A stretch of DNA of 64,000 nucleotides from Eukaryota sp. GEM-RC1 (lineage: Eukaryota). The translations under genes and the position numbers were made by a program. The stretch covers positions 2,418,001 through 2,482,000 of the forward strand of contig JAUFOQ010000001.1 of NCBI GenBank assembly GCA_040285855.1. The letters are read 5' to 3'. The notes below the pieces were generated by a model that saw only the letters and a list, made by a program, of their open reading frames with translations, searched no databases and was not told the DNA's origin. Of this stretch, positions 24,091 through 37,080 are shown piece by piece (the first letter of the stretch is position 1; each line of letters opens with the position of its first letter).

Positions 24091-25091
24091 ATGAAGCAAT
24101 AAAGCTCTTATATAGCATAGTATAAAGTTCTCTTGTTTATTGTTGACCTCAAGTTAATTACTACAAAAAAGTTATAGTACAAGCGCCTCCGTTACTAGCT
24201 CCTTACCTATTACTAGCCACGAAGAGATAGGCTAGTAAGGGTTTTTTTGGATCTAGTATTAGGTAAATTAGAGTAACTTCTCTCTCAAATCATTCTCTTG
24301 CCAAGATACTAAACTTGGCAATTATGAATTCGTCAATTATGAACGTGAATTATCTTGATGGAAATTACTTCCACAAAGAAGCAATCTTGTATACAACGGT
24401 GTTCGATCAATAACTATCAAGAAGACGAGATCTTTGAGGATGATAAGATTAGATTTGCTTAGATACACAGTTAAAAGGACAATTTCTGGAGTCACTCAAT
24501 AAGCAGGTTATCAGGATCTCGTGGTAAACGTATTCATGTCATTGATTCAGTACAATGAATGTTTTGAGAGTAAGTAAGATGAAAAGAAAAGGGAAATCTT
24601 CCTTATGGTCAAGGGTCCAAACTCTTGCAATACAATGGGAAGCGTTGAAAATAAAATAAATTAACACTTTGACCAGGGCAATTGGTTTAGAATTAATAGA
24701 TCATTTCAAGTATGAAATGAAACAGGATCTGGTTGAACGAAGATATGAAAAGAAGAAGATGAAATCAAGAGCAAGCATTTAGTGTGTTATAGAAAGACAT
24801 CGGTAACTTTGAAGATGCCTAATACTGAATATAATCTTGGTGAAGAGCGAGCAACGATGGTACTCCCACCAGTGAGCTAGAGAGATGCAGAAGAAAACAT
24901 CAATAAGTCACACATTAACCAAGATTCAACTAGAAAAACAGTGTCGAGATCTGTAATAAAACTGTCACAGTCTTTGTGAACCACAGTTCATGTACTACAA
25001 TGTAATATATGGTTGAGGTACCTTTGACAAATGTGCTGATGACATTTCTTTCCCCTCTCTTTTACTTCTCCTTTTTGACTTTTTTACTTAT

Positions 25092-25823
25092 ATGAGTCGC
25101 CAAGATAGTGTCGGCATGATGAACGGAGCGTTCTTTGTTGGAAAACGAGTCATCCTTGACTGGATTAAAGATTTTTTTGGTTTAAAAGTTGACAAAATAG
25201 AACATCTGGGCAACGGTGCCGTCTATCTACATATAATGGATGCTCTTTACCCCAATGCGGTCAACCTGTCTAAAGCAAACTTCAATGCTTACCTAGAGCA
25301 CGACAACCTACGAAACCTAAAGTACCTGCAGTCTGTCATGAAGTCCGTCGGTATCAACCGTGACTTCGACCTCAACCGCATTGCTTCCCAAAACTACATG
25401 GCCAACCTCGAAATGGCGCAATGGTTCAAATCCCTCTTCGACAACAACTACAACTCAGACGTTCCCTACGATGCCCCTGGCCGACGAGGTCAAAAGCCAA
25501 CGTCATCATTCCCCCCAAGGGCAGAGAGGCCAAATCCCTCCAGGAGATCCATGAGCAACCCCAGTTTCACTGTAGCTAACCCTGCCGAAGATCCCCCAGC
25601 GCTAGGCCGTAAGGAACTCCACAAGCTAGAGAAGGAGTTGGATGATATGACTACGAAGGTTGCCAAATTAGAAAAAGAACGCAACTTTTATTTAAAGAAG
25701 CTGCTGTTTATTGAACAAATGACTCAAGACAAGGATGTTGTTGACGTTGATGAACTGAAGACTGTATTGTATGCTACAGATTTGGGCTCTCTCAAAGGTA
25801 AAAAGGAAGAGCTTTTAGAATAG
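25092..25823 (+). CDS. EB1: Microtubule plus-end binding protein EB1 (MAPRE/BIM1 family)
   Basis: CH domain (FFVGKRVILDW..KIEHLGNGAVY..NLEMAQWFK) plus EB1 C-terminal motif LEKERNFYLKKLLFIE...VLYAT. Confidence 0.95.
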   Translation: MSRQDSVGMMNGAFFVGKRVILDWIKDFFGLKVDKIEHLGNGAVYLHIMDALYPNAVNLSKANFNAYLEHDNLRNLKYLQSVMKSVGINRDFDLNRIASQNYMANLEMAQWFKSLFDNNYNSDVPYDAPGRRGQKPTSSFPPRAERPNPSRRSMSNPSFTVANPAEDPPALGRKELHKLEKELDDMTTKVAKLEKERNFYLKKLLFIEQMTQDKDVVDVDELKTVLYATDLGSLKGKKEELLE

Positions 25824-25884
25824 TTTTGTATTGTAGAATTTTTATTATCCTGTACTTTATAAGTTTTCCCGGTTGATATATGAT

Positions 25885-28800
25885 CTAATCTGTTGGTAAA
25901 AATTCTGAAATGTTTTTGAAATATTGTGAGTTGATCAATTTTTCCATTGATTGATTTGAATGAAGAGTTTCGAATAATGAATGAAAGAAATTAAAAATCT
26001 GAGTATTACATGGAAATTTGGCTTTTGTCGAGATTGCCATTTCCAATCCACCACTATAGTTTTCATTTTTCAGCAAAATTAAAAAATTGAGAATTGAGGA
26101 AAAATCAGACAACAACGGAAAATTCAATACAGCTGCCTCAAAAGACGAAGTACATAAACTTTCGTCAAAATTTAAAAATTGATAAAACAATTGAGAACTG
26201 AAAGTGAATAAATTTGGAGATTTTGCAACAACAGGCTTTAGTGACTCAGATATAGTTGACAAATTTCCATCCTTCGAACCCAAAATCAATCTAAAAACAT
26301 CCACAACAGATTTTAAAAATTTGGAATCTTTTGCCAATCCAATTGATTTTCTGACTGTCAAGAGTGATTGTGATTGATTGCCAGAATAATAAAGGGCCTC
26401 AGCAACCATTAACCTCAATGCACATAACAGTTTGTTATGATGGTTTGATTCAAAAGAAAAGGGTGAGTCCATGATAAAGCTCAAAAGGTCAGAATGATGA
26501 TTTGCAACTTGATGTTTAGAAACGTGATTTTCCAGCTTTGTCAATGATTTTGCCACATAATCCCAAGAAAACTTACCTTGATGTCCTAGTTTTTTGCAAG
26601 ACGTTACACCTTTATAAACATTAAGCGACATTGATAAATTCCAGGGAGCAACATGGAGCGCCTTCAAACCATCAATCAAATTTGATTGATTCAATACTGA
26701 TTTCAGATAATAATAGTGTGCCGTTTGGAAAGAATTTGGAAAAGCCGTTGGTTTGAGATTAGCAAGAATTGATCGCGCATGAGAGTCGAAACCAATATGG
26801 TAGAGCTGTGAACAACAAAATAACAAAACATCTGAACAGAAGCAAAACTCATGGAATAGTTTCAAAATCTGACGTTTAATTTTGATCTTATTGTTCAAAT
26901 TGTGTGCAAGACCGATCCTAATCAGATGGAGCTTTACACAATCAGAATGATTGGAAATGTAAACGTCACGGTCAATCAAAGCCAACAACTTCGAACATCT
27001 GTGATAAAGTCCTGCTGAATACGCTATTCCAACAATATCAACAAAGTGTTTACTTAGAAGATTTTCTTTTCTGCTCAATTTCAATGAATTTTCTAAATAC
27101 TGCTCAACCACTTTGTCGTTATTCAACTCCGAGGCAATACAAGCAACAGCTAGAGAAGCTGAAATACTGCGGGATGCTAGTTTCGCGTAGAGATCGATGG
27201 CGTCCTGTTTAGTTTCAGAAGAAGTAAACAAGCAAAAAGCACGTGATAGATCAACTGAGAACGAAGGCTTTAAATTATTTAAAATATTTAAAGCTGATTG
27301 ATGGTCATTTTGGATTGCATAACACCGAGCGAGCCCAAGACCTATTAATTCATTCAACTTTGAGTTGGTAACGTCACCACTGATTGACTGTAATAGATTT
27401 TGACATTTTTCCAAGACCTTAGAGCAGAATCAAAATGTGTGAGCTGTTCATAGACCACTGATTGGGCTGCAGAAATGGCAACTAATAACATTCGGGGGTC
27501 GAAAACAGATAGATCAACTCCAATCATTGTCTTTGATCTTCCCAATAAGGCAAGTGACTCAACAGGATTGCTAATAGTGGCAGTTCGAATCAAAAGTGGA
27601 ACGTGCTTAGAAAAGTTACTCGCGTGTTTCAACTCATCAAAATTGATTGATTGACTCTTTCCCAAATAATCCAACATCCAAGCCAAAGATGCCGAGTTTG
27701 ATTCTGGAGACACACTGATGATCAAAGACAACAATTGGCCCAGGTTAGCAAACACACCAGTACTTAAACGTAAGCTGATTAAAGCAAGAAGAGCATGGGG
27801 AGACTTTGCGATTGAGTAGGACTTGAGGAAACAGTGTTGACGTTTACAGGGATCAGATATTGATTGACCGATTACGAGCCAGTCGACAAAAGAGGAAGGT
27901 GAGTTTTCAGAAATGGAAATACATGCATGTTTGACAGCAACGTCATCAAATCGATTGGGAACAAATTCAAATGAAAAAGTCATTTGATCAAGAGGCAAAA
28001 TGGATGAATCAAATTGATTGATATCGTTTCCAGATGATGCCACACGTTCCCATTGAGCTGCAATCCTTGCAACATAGGCAATAAAAGAATGGATAACAAC
28101 AGAAGTCTCTGGTACTTTGGCCTTCTCCTCGAGATTTTGAATTATTCCCTCCAAAATTTCAATTTTCTTACGAGGATCAAGCTCTAAAGAAACAACTACT
28201 AACTGAATCTTACAATAGACAGAAATTCCCACCATCGAACTAGGAAAACTCAACAGCAACTGGTGAGATCTCTTCAAGCCATCACTAATCCATGACGTTA
28301 CCGACCCAATCAAACCTTCAGATTGGGAAAGTGTAATCAATTCTAAAATCGAAGTACAATACCCACACAATGTCTTATACAACAAGTGATCGCAGGTACT
28401 TTGTTGATCCAAACATTTCCCATACCAATCAAGACTTTCTGAATACTCCAACAGTGAACAACAAGCTTCGCCCAATAAGCACATGACTTCAAGAGACTTC
28501 TCTGTGATTGAAGTAAGAAGCTCTTTGCCGCAGTGTACTTGCCAGTTGCAAGAAGAGCTTCAGCCAAGCATACTTTGACCATCACTTTTGATTGGATTCG
28601 TAATGACTTAGATAGATACTTGATCGCATCATCGTACTTTCCCTTTGAAAAACCATCAAAACCAAGAATTGTAAAGGCCCAGTCAGCTGTGGAATTCTGA
28701 GAGGCAACAAATTCAAAAGGGAAAGATGATCTTCAATCAAATCAGGGGTCAGAATGGACACCATTGATTGACCTGCATCATTTAGATAAGGGTCTAAAAG

Positions 28801-30668
28801 CAGCGCCTTTTTGTAGCATTTTAAAGCTCGTGAACGCATGTCTGGTGACTTCCCTTGAGTTTTGAGCTTGTAAACGTGACCTAAATACATGAATACATCA
28901 CCATTCTTTTGATCTTTTTGGCAGCTTGTAAGAAATACCGAAGGGCTTCATCAGTTCGATCACTAGCAAAAAGACACCTTCCTAAACGAAATAAGAAAGT
29001 AAACGAATCTGATCCTTTGATTGATTGTGACAAAAACTCAAGAGATTGTTCCAAATTTCCAGATAAGAAATAACACCAACCCAAATCAGAAAGTGACTGC
29101 CAATCACAAGAATCAGAATCAACAATTGATTGCAACACTGTAATTGCATCATCGAATTGTTCCAATTCAAGTAGTAAAGTAGCATAAATCTTAGAAACAT
29201 CCAGATTATCAAACTTATGGTAAAGCTCAAAAGCTTCTTGAAGTGCAACATCGAACTGATATCGTTTCCTACGACCATTAATGAGAACTACCATAAGTTG
29301 ACAGTAAATTTCACTGGAATTTGCATCAAACCCAAAAGCAAGAGATTTTAAATTTAATAGAGAGAATGCAGAAGAAATAACGTCATCAAAGAGCTCAAAA
29401 TGATCGAGATCAAGTAGATTCTGGGCGAAAACAATAAGTAATTTGATTGGGAGAAAGAACGATACATCTTCAGAAGACCATTGGGATTTGACAGTATCCC
29501 AAATTTTTAAAAGACAATTGTCAGATAATGTAGAAAAATTGAAATAATTCGTTGATAGAGCCAAAAATGAAATGATTGACCAAGGTTGCTCGAACGAAAA
29601 CTTCGAAATGACAGAAGAATATTTGAAAATTTCGCATAATTCATCAGAATTCCAACCCTCTAATTTAGAATTTAACAACACAAGTCGGGCTTTGTTAAAT
29701 TCTGGAAATTTTGAAACAATTTTCAAGCACGAACTAATTAAGTTTTCACGTACATGTTGTTTTGAACTTTCGACAAAAACTCCTTTCACCAGCAAATTTA
29801 AAAACTTTTCAACAATAACAGGGGGACATCGAATATCATCACCACTTAATTCTATCATTTCCTGTTGAACCTTCAAAACCCTACTATTTATGACCCGATC
29901 ACGTTGCAAGTCTTTCATTTTCTTCTTTTGAGCTCTGTCAATCATATCCTTTAGAGAAACTTCTGGAACTGACTTAGCTTCGTCTAACAAAACTCTAGCA
30001 TCCACCAACTCCTGCTCAATCATGGTCACGTCATCAGGTTTAGTTTTCTGAGCTACTCTTAATTGCATTTCCAATCGATCTACCAACGACTTCTTATCCG
30101 AAGCTTCTCTCTTCCTTTTCATCATGATCTTCTGATGTCTACTGGTTTGTTGCTTAGTGACCTCCTCCATGGCTGATTCAAACTCTTTAGCAAAGTCTTC
30201 TTCCTCTGTTTCCTCGAGCAACGTAGCTTTTAGAAGAAGAGCTTCCATTCGAATATCACGAGAGAGGTCCATGGAAAGAAGTCGATCTAGAAGAGTAAGA
30301 GATTCAGCAGCTTGTCCCATGGAATGAAGAATGGTGCATTGTTGGAGAAGTAGTTCGTGTTGTTTGGTGGGATCGGAGCAGAAAGATTCAAGTTGATGTA
30401 GAACTTCCAAGAGTTGTGCTTGGTTGTTTGTTAAGGTATAAAGTTCCTTCAATCCACGCCACGATAAGGGAGAATCGGGATTGAGTTCAGCTGCTCTTCT
30501 GTAGGCTGTTTCAGCTTGAGAATGTTCTCCAAGTTTAACAAGACATTTACCAGAGAGAATAAGGGCGTTGAAGTTTGTCCGATCTTTGGAGAGTACTTGC
30601 TTGAGATAGACTAGGGCTTGCTTAAAGTTGCATTGATCGAAGGACTGCTTTGCAAGTTTTAGGGACAT
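25885..30668 (-). CDS. Large TPR protein, TTC37/Ski3-like (about 1590 aa), split by four apparent single-base deletions
   Basis: N-terminal TPRs (NFNALILSGKC..AETAYRRAAELNPDSPLSWRGL, RALKCYKKALLLDP) resemble Ski3/TTC37; the breaks near 28915, 28715, 28525 and 27418 fall in short A/T runs. Confidence 0.75.
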
Positions 30669-31499
30669 TTAGAGTCTGTGATTTTGACTTAAAGATGAAC
30701 TTCTCCACTAGTATGTCAAGCCGAACTGAATCACTTGTCTAAACGCTCTCAGTGCTCATGGGATGTGGTAGTGCTACTTCTTGCGGGTCCACCACTGCTT
30801 CACTTCTCTGAATGCTCACTTTTTGCTTGTAATTGTTGCTGATGTCTACCACATTTCTTCATTTATCCTGTGTACATTGGTTAGTCCTCACCATCAAATA
30901 ATTCTTCTTACTTTAAAGAAGGTTTCTGTTTCCCCTTTGTCATCGTTGTTCTCAGAAGATCCTTGGCACTGAATGAATGTCTTGATTTTGTTAACCAAAG
31001 AAGCTTCTAGCTTTCTTTGAACAACTTTCGTGATCTTTTTCCCATGGATCGAAGCTTGAATTCTCGTTATCTTTTCTGACTTCATTTATCTGTGTGTTGG
31101 TTGTATCTCTGTAAATTTGATGAAATAGATTCATCATTTTACTTTCACTTCTTTCTTTCTTTACTGATTTCCAGCTGCTCCAATTGCATACTAATGGAAA
31201 TGCTCGAAGTTTGCTTTAATTTTTGAGAAATTTGTCGTTTTGGAAGTAAATTCCTAGACTTGCATCTCAATCTGTTCAATAGTCAGATTTAAATCAATTC
31301 TTCAAAGAATTGTGGTTGAATGTGTAATTTCCACAGTATTGGTTCTGAAGTATTTCAAAGAGCTTAATAGTTTATAAGTTGCATATTCTTCAGACATTAA
31401 CAATATTTTTTCTAATAATATTACCACTAAATTACGGTAACCAGTCAATATTTGGTACATGTTGGCGTTATGTCAACGAAGTAATTGCTGACGAATATG

Positions 31500-32055
31500 T
31501 TTATCAACGGATATTTTAGAAGGGTGTAAAATTTCAGGAACTTTTGCTGGATTCTTCTGTACTTGTTTGTCGGAGAAAAACTTCCAAACAGGAATCATAT
31601 CACATTTCCCTTATTTCAAAGAGATTGTGAAGAAGCGAAAAGCAACGGCAAAAGGAATAGACGCTTTTGGACTAAGTTGATTTGGAATTTTTGATAGGAT
31701 GTCTAAGAGAATCAAGCGTCGCACATTCAAGACATAAAAAGGTAGTACCTTCTGATAGACACGAGACACAAGTTTTACTACACAGTTTGCAGATTTTTTG
31801 AATAGCACCAGGCAAAACGTCAGGGGGCAAAGGCTGAGAGTTATCTTCACAAGTAGGGGATGTAGCAACATGCAGATTTTGTTGAACATCAAAAACTTCA
31901 GCAAAAGCAGCTTTAACAGTTGGGTCAATGAGAGTGACTTTACGCTTGGGGCAAGTGGTCTTAGTATGCCCTGCAACTTTACAAAATGAACAAGTCGATG
32001 TAGAGCCTTTAGGGCGACCTCTAGACGGTTTAGATGAACGGGAAGAAGAAGGCAT
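31500..32055 (-). pseudogene. AT-hook + CCHC zinc-knuckle protein fragment, probably transposon-derived
   Basis: SRGRPKG followed by CSFCKVAGHTKTTC and a second Cys cluster CKLC..CVSC..CLEC; the frame decays downstream. Confidence 0.55.
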
Positions 32056-33354
32056 AAAAAATCAAGAAACGAAAAAAAAGGTTTAGGTCAACGTTGATAA
32101 GAAAAAGAAGAACTTTATAGATAAGAGACAATTTGCTTAAGACTGACGGCCATGTCAGCAGAGGCGAAGATACCTTTTAACTATTGATATCTTCGCCAAC
32201 ATTATACCCAAGATTCTTAATTATTAAGCAATAGTCTGATCCCCCATATTATGTCCAAGGTTAAAATGATAATTATCATCGTACTACTGTGTCTCTCATC
32301 AGAAGTATCATTGTCTACTTCGAGGGACTTCGCTTGACCTCGCAAATCCAAAATACGACTAGTATAATCCAAGACCATCTGGAGCTCTTCCTGTTTTTTC
32401 GTCGACACCCATTGGTCGTCAAACCGGTAAGGGCTTTGAGGAGGGGTACTTTAGTACGGATCCCCTTTCGGTCTAGGGAGGAGTTCAGCAAAGCGACGTT
32501 GTGGGCGGAGACTAATTGCCACCTGTGTATTTATCTTGACACAAAAGGCGTGGGGATTGTCGGAGATATACTCAAAGTATACATGTGATTGATAACCCAT
32601 CCTTGACTGGTGTTTGAGCTTCTGGTTTCAAAGATCCCTGATATAAGCAAGGAGATCTGTAAAACTACATCAGGAAGTTGGTTTTTTTTGAGTCTAGCTG
32701 CATCTTCAGATTAGTGGTTAGTAACGAGAGTTTAAAGTTAAAGACATCATAAATGTGATTATAAGAAAGAATTGTTAGCATGTGAATGATGCAGTGAAAT
32801 GGATTTGAAATGAAGACCTTCGATATTTATCATTGTGTACTTTCAATCTTTAAGTAACATTTAACTTCTAAATGGTAAACGGTGCACAACCTTTTCAGTG
32901 TTGGTTTGAACTCGGTCATGGCTTTTCTTAATTATCAAACAAAAGCGATGACTGACACATCTAAGAATAGGAAGACTGTTGTCCCTTGTAAATTTGTAGT
33001 TGTGGAACAGCTATCCCCACAAAGAAATTAGTTTTGTTCCATACTTTGACAAAATGTTGTTCAGAACCATCTGTAGTTCCTTCGAACCAAACCTTGATTG
33101 TGATAAATCCAATTTATCGAGGGAGAGTGGTTCTCAACCCAGAAAAAACGAAGTGCAAAGGACCTGGAACAACAACATAAACCCCTAAATAAAGTAAATT
33201 ACTTATATTTTCTTCACAGATGGCAAATATACTACCAAAATTTCCTTTGTCAATTGCTTCCCGAAGCAAATGTAACACAAACTCTGAGTTCTGAACAAAA
33301 GTGTTACAACAGAGATTTTGTACTGAGATAAGCCTATACTGTCAGGCGCCAGAT

Positions 33355-35005
33355 AGTACCCGGGTCACTAAATTATAGCCCCACCCCCAAACTGGGTCAC
33401 TATTAGGAAGGGGTTATTATAAGGATCCTTTTGTCTTTTTTCATAAATGACCTATAAAACAACTCTATATTACAATATAACTCTAGCCAAAGACTGCAAC
33501 AACATCATTATCCATCTCCAAGTTCAATGAATTGTTGAGTTGAAGAAGGTCATCGATGTCGTCATCAGACGATGAATCCAAATCGATTACTTCCTCCTCA
33601 TCACTTGATGAATATGTATGATGAGTATGTAAAGAATAATTGAATGTAGATTTTTTTGAAATGAAGATGTAGAGTAACTGGCCATCCCGTCACAAGAAGA
33701 CAATTCTAGACGAAGTATTGGTTGTTAAATTGGAAGTAATGTGTCCTTTAGTTTTCCTGATGGATATGATCATCCCCAGCTCTTTTTTTTCTGTACAATT
33801 TAGACTGTGGAAATACAAGAAAATTAACGGCATCTTTATTAACATTAACAACACCGAATTTAAAATTAACTAAACACTTGACAGCGCTCAGACAGACATA
33901 GCACGTTGAGTACACACTTTGTGTTCTTTGAATTTCAATTTACGGTCGACTGGGTACGGCTTTTTCTTTGGTTTTGAGAAAGCTGTTAAGTAAGAATGAA
34001 CAACATTTTTAATCATACGTTTTGGTTGAATCGTTTGTCTGTACAATCTAAAAACAATTCCTGACATGATCTTTTTTTGCACGACACAAAAGCTCCTGTG
34101 AGTTTCAACAAAAATGAATAGTGTTTTAATGATATTGAATTACAGTTATTGTTAGTATTTTATTGTCTCTGTTCTACATCACTCACCGATTCTATTCCAG
34201 GTCTTTTAGATGTTGTTAGAAGTAGTATTCATTTGTTGAGTACTGACACTTGTGACCAATTCTTAATTTATTGTTGTAATGCCAATTTTAAGTGGTCAAC
34301 TTTAGAAAGAGATTTATTCAAAAAACAGTTTTCTGATTTAAAACGTTCTATTGGACTGATGCGCTTGCAGACAAATTCCTATTCTGAGATAGGTACATCA
34401 CCTTAACTGTTCCTGTAGGCTTTGAAATCCACCCAATGATTTCTCATCCCACAAAATCAAAAGTCGTTGCTTTGATGGAAATTCACTTAAACCGATCACC
34501 CTTGGTGTATGGACCTTTGGTGTATGGTCCCTAGTGTTTGCCAAGTGATGAAACTTATGAAGCTTTTTTTACGTTCCAAAGAGACCTTTCCATCTAGAAA
34601 AAGGTTCTTAGGTCAGTCGTTCCTCTTATACTTGCTTACTTGTCTTACTGACAACAAACATGATCAATGAGGGTAACATATGTTGTTAAACTCAACTTAA
34701 CCCTGAAAAGATTTTTAAAAAAGCGCTAATGTTGGAAATTACTTCCAACAAAACAATAGTACAATGAAGTGAAAACAATGACCAATGAAAAGGTCTCTTC
34801 GAATTTATGGACCTAGGTCAAAAGTCCGCAGATTTTTGTTGAATTGTTTAGTGATCACCCTGTTTAAGATATGTCTTCTTCGGAGATATCTGCGTATCTA
34901 CAGCAGCCTACATGTAACTGTCCATTCGTTGAACTTTGAACTTGGCATGACCTGACCTGGTCGTATTTTTAGGGTATTCATCCCTCCTTAAATGACCCTA
35001 GTTTA
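33355..35005 (-). mobile_element. Decayed pogo-like DNA transposon
   Basis: Acidic tail on the minus strand (SSDEEEVIDLDSSSDDDID). Left-end motif (TATAGCCCCACC..AAACTGGGTCACTATT) resembles 22040-22080, with a degenerate inverted copy at 34981-35005. Coding motifs are weak. Confidence 0.4.
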
Positions 35006-35190
35006 TCTCTTTCTCCAACAGAAACTCTTTCCATTATTCTCAATGAACCTTCCCTATGCAGTCAAACCATCACATTCCAAGAGGAGTCTCTTGAAGTGAA
35101 GAAGTACGTCATTGCTGATCTCTTTGATTACATTCAGTTTCTTTTGTTCTTGGAGTTTGGTCATACAGACGAAAGCCCAGTTTGCTCCGA
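35001..35190 (+). pseudogene. BTB-SPRY family 5' fragment
   Basis: GAAACTCTTTCCATTATTCTCAATGAACCTTCCCTATGCAGTCAAACCATC and FLEFGHTDESPV match the paralog N-termini. Confidence 0.75.
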
Positions 35191-37080
35191 TCTTTTGTTA
35201 ATTCCGACAACTAAATTGGATTCATCAGGTCCTTCTTTGGAAGATCATATACCTTCGATGAATACAATGAGTACATACATGGATGCATTCAGTGAAATGT
35301 GATATTCAAGTCGAGTAATGAGTTTCTGTAGTTCTTTGTATGACAACATTATGTACTAAATGACCCCGGTTACACTTACATTTTTAATTTAAAATATTTC
35401 ACAGTAATTTTGTAGTTGTACAGAACGTCTAAGTACATGAATGATAAAGTGATGAATACATGGACTATTAAGAAATTAAACATTGTGCTGAACCACGATC
35501 CGAAAAAATTTCATTTTTATTCAACATGTTGCTGAACTGAAATCGTTCAGCACTCGTAGTTAAAACTTGGGAGAAAGAGTAAGAGAGATTCTGATGGATC
35601 ATTGTTGTGGTCATTGTCGATTCAAAGATTGGAGAGGCAATGGTTGGACGATCTGTTATCACTACACTTTGAACATCATATACAGTGTGTATTTTAGCTT
35701 TGTTTGTGAGTGCCATGAATGAAGTTCCCATCTTGTCAAATGAATTAGTTATGAAGCATTTAAACAATATCGGTGAAACCGTAATTTCATTGAGTTTCAC
35801 CAATTTCTTGTAGTCTTGCCAAATTTAAAATTTCAAATTCCAGAAAACATTACTGTCTCAAAATATAGTTTAGATTATGTTTATGAGCGTCGTCATGAAA
35901 ATCCCACTGTTGAATAGCCAAAAAGTAGTATTTTAATCAAGAATATTGATGTCTTGTTCGTTTAATTTCATGACTTTTTGTGCCAATTGAAGGCATTGGA
36001 TTTTCAGTTGTCTTCGTAACAAGCTTCTTTCAACGAGATGCTAACACATGATCATTTTGATCAGCAAAAACTGAAACCAATACCTTTTTGATTATGAATA
36101 TTTGATTTGAATATCGAAAAATATTTAAACTAATTTGTATGTATTTCAATTTGACTACGCTGACAATAATCATTTATTGAGAACAATTGGTCCATAAATG
36201 TTAGTGTTTGATACTCTTGAAACCAGAAAGTGCAACGTTGCTGCAGAGACTGGTGATCCAATTTCAATGTTGATTATGATTTGAATTTGTCGTAGATGTA
36301 GATGATTATGATTTGTACTTAGGTCTTGTACTTATAGTTCTCTGCTTTGTCATCATTTGGTTACTGGCTTTACAACATGTCACCAAGTGGTTCTTGTCTA
36401 CCCCTAAAGCTATTATAGGCTTATCAAACACTATAATACCTTCAACTCGAAGTTACCTACAACAAATATGAATCATGGTTGTAGTCGTATGCACTTTTAA
36501 GCAAAAAAATTAATGAAATCGAAGATGAAGATCCACATCCTAAACGATGATCTGTTTGATAATGGGTGAAAAAATAGAATATTTGAACCCAAAGTCGTTT
36601 TGGTTTGTTAAATTCATTTCCAATATTGGTACCATAGTGGAATACATGCAAATACATTTTGTCAGAGTTGAAAGTTCTTTCTACTTAAAAACGAAACTGT
36701 ACCACAACATTACAGAGAAGTAAATGAACATATTAGTTGAAAGTCTTGAGAAAGTCATTAAAGGTGGTGGTTTGGAAAAACACCTGGACTGTTAGACACA
36801 TTGAGTCAAAGAAACGAAGTTTCGCATGGTGTTTCCTAAGAATCAAGACAGCTTGTGTTGTAGATTCAGGAAGAGGGAAGCGTTATTCTTTGAAGACGTC
36901 TGATCGAGTGAAGATTAAACGCAATTGATAAGGATCAATAAAAAACAGCTGGTTTGGTCGTTTCATGTGTTTTATGATAGAAAAAGTTGAAGTAGGATGA
37001 ATGTTGAACTGCAATCTGTTCTTGTTTAAGACTGAAGTAGAATTTGAAGAAAAAAATGCAATTCAAAAATTGTTGCTCTC

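Noticed and set aside
24330..24950. Possible retrotransposon gag remnant
   Set aside because: Only a vague purine-rich coding-like texture; no diagnostic motif.
25885..30668. Programmed ribosomal frameshifting or pseudogenisation of the TTC37-like gene
   Set aside because: Each break is repaired by adding one base to a short A/T run (for example GCC AAA AA[A] GAT), with no shared slippery motif. Long-read indel error is the simpler explanation, and the same applies to the breaks near 18070 and 59605.
32250..32620. GC-richer patch with an SDN-like motif (possible integrase fragment)
   Set aside because: A single weak motif with no supporting context.
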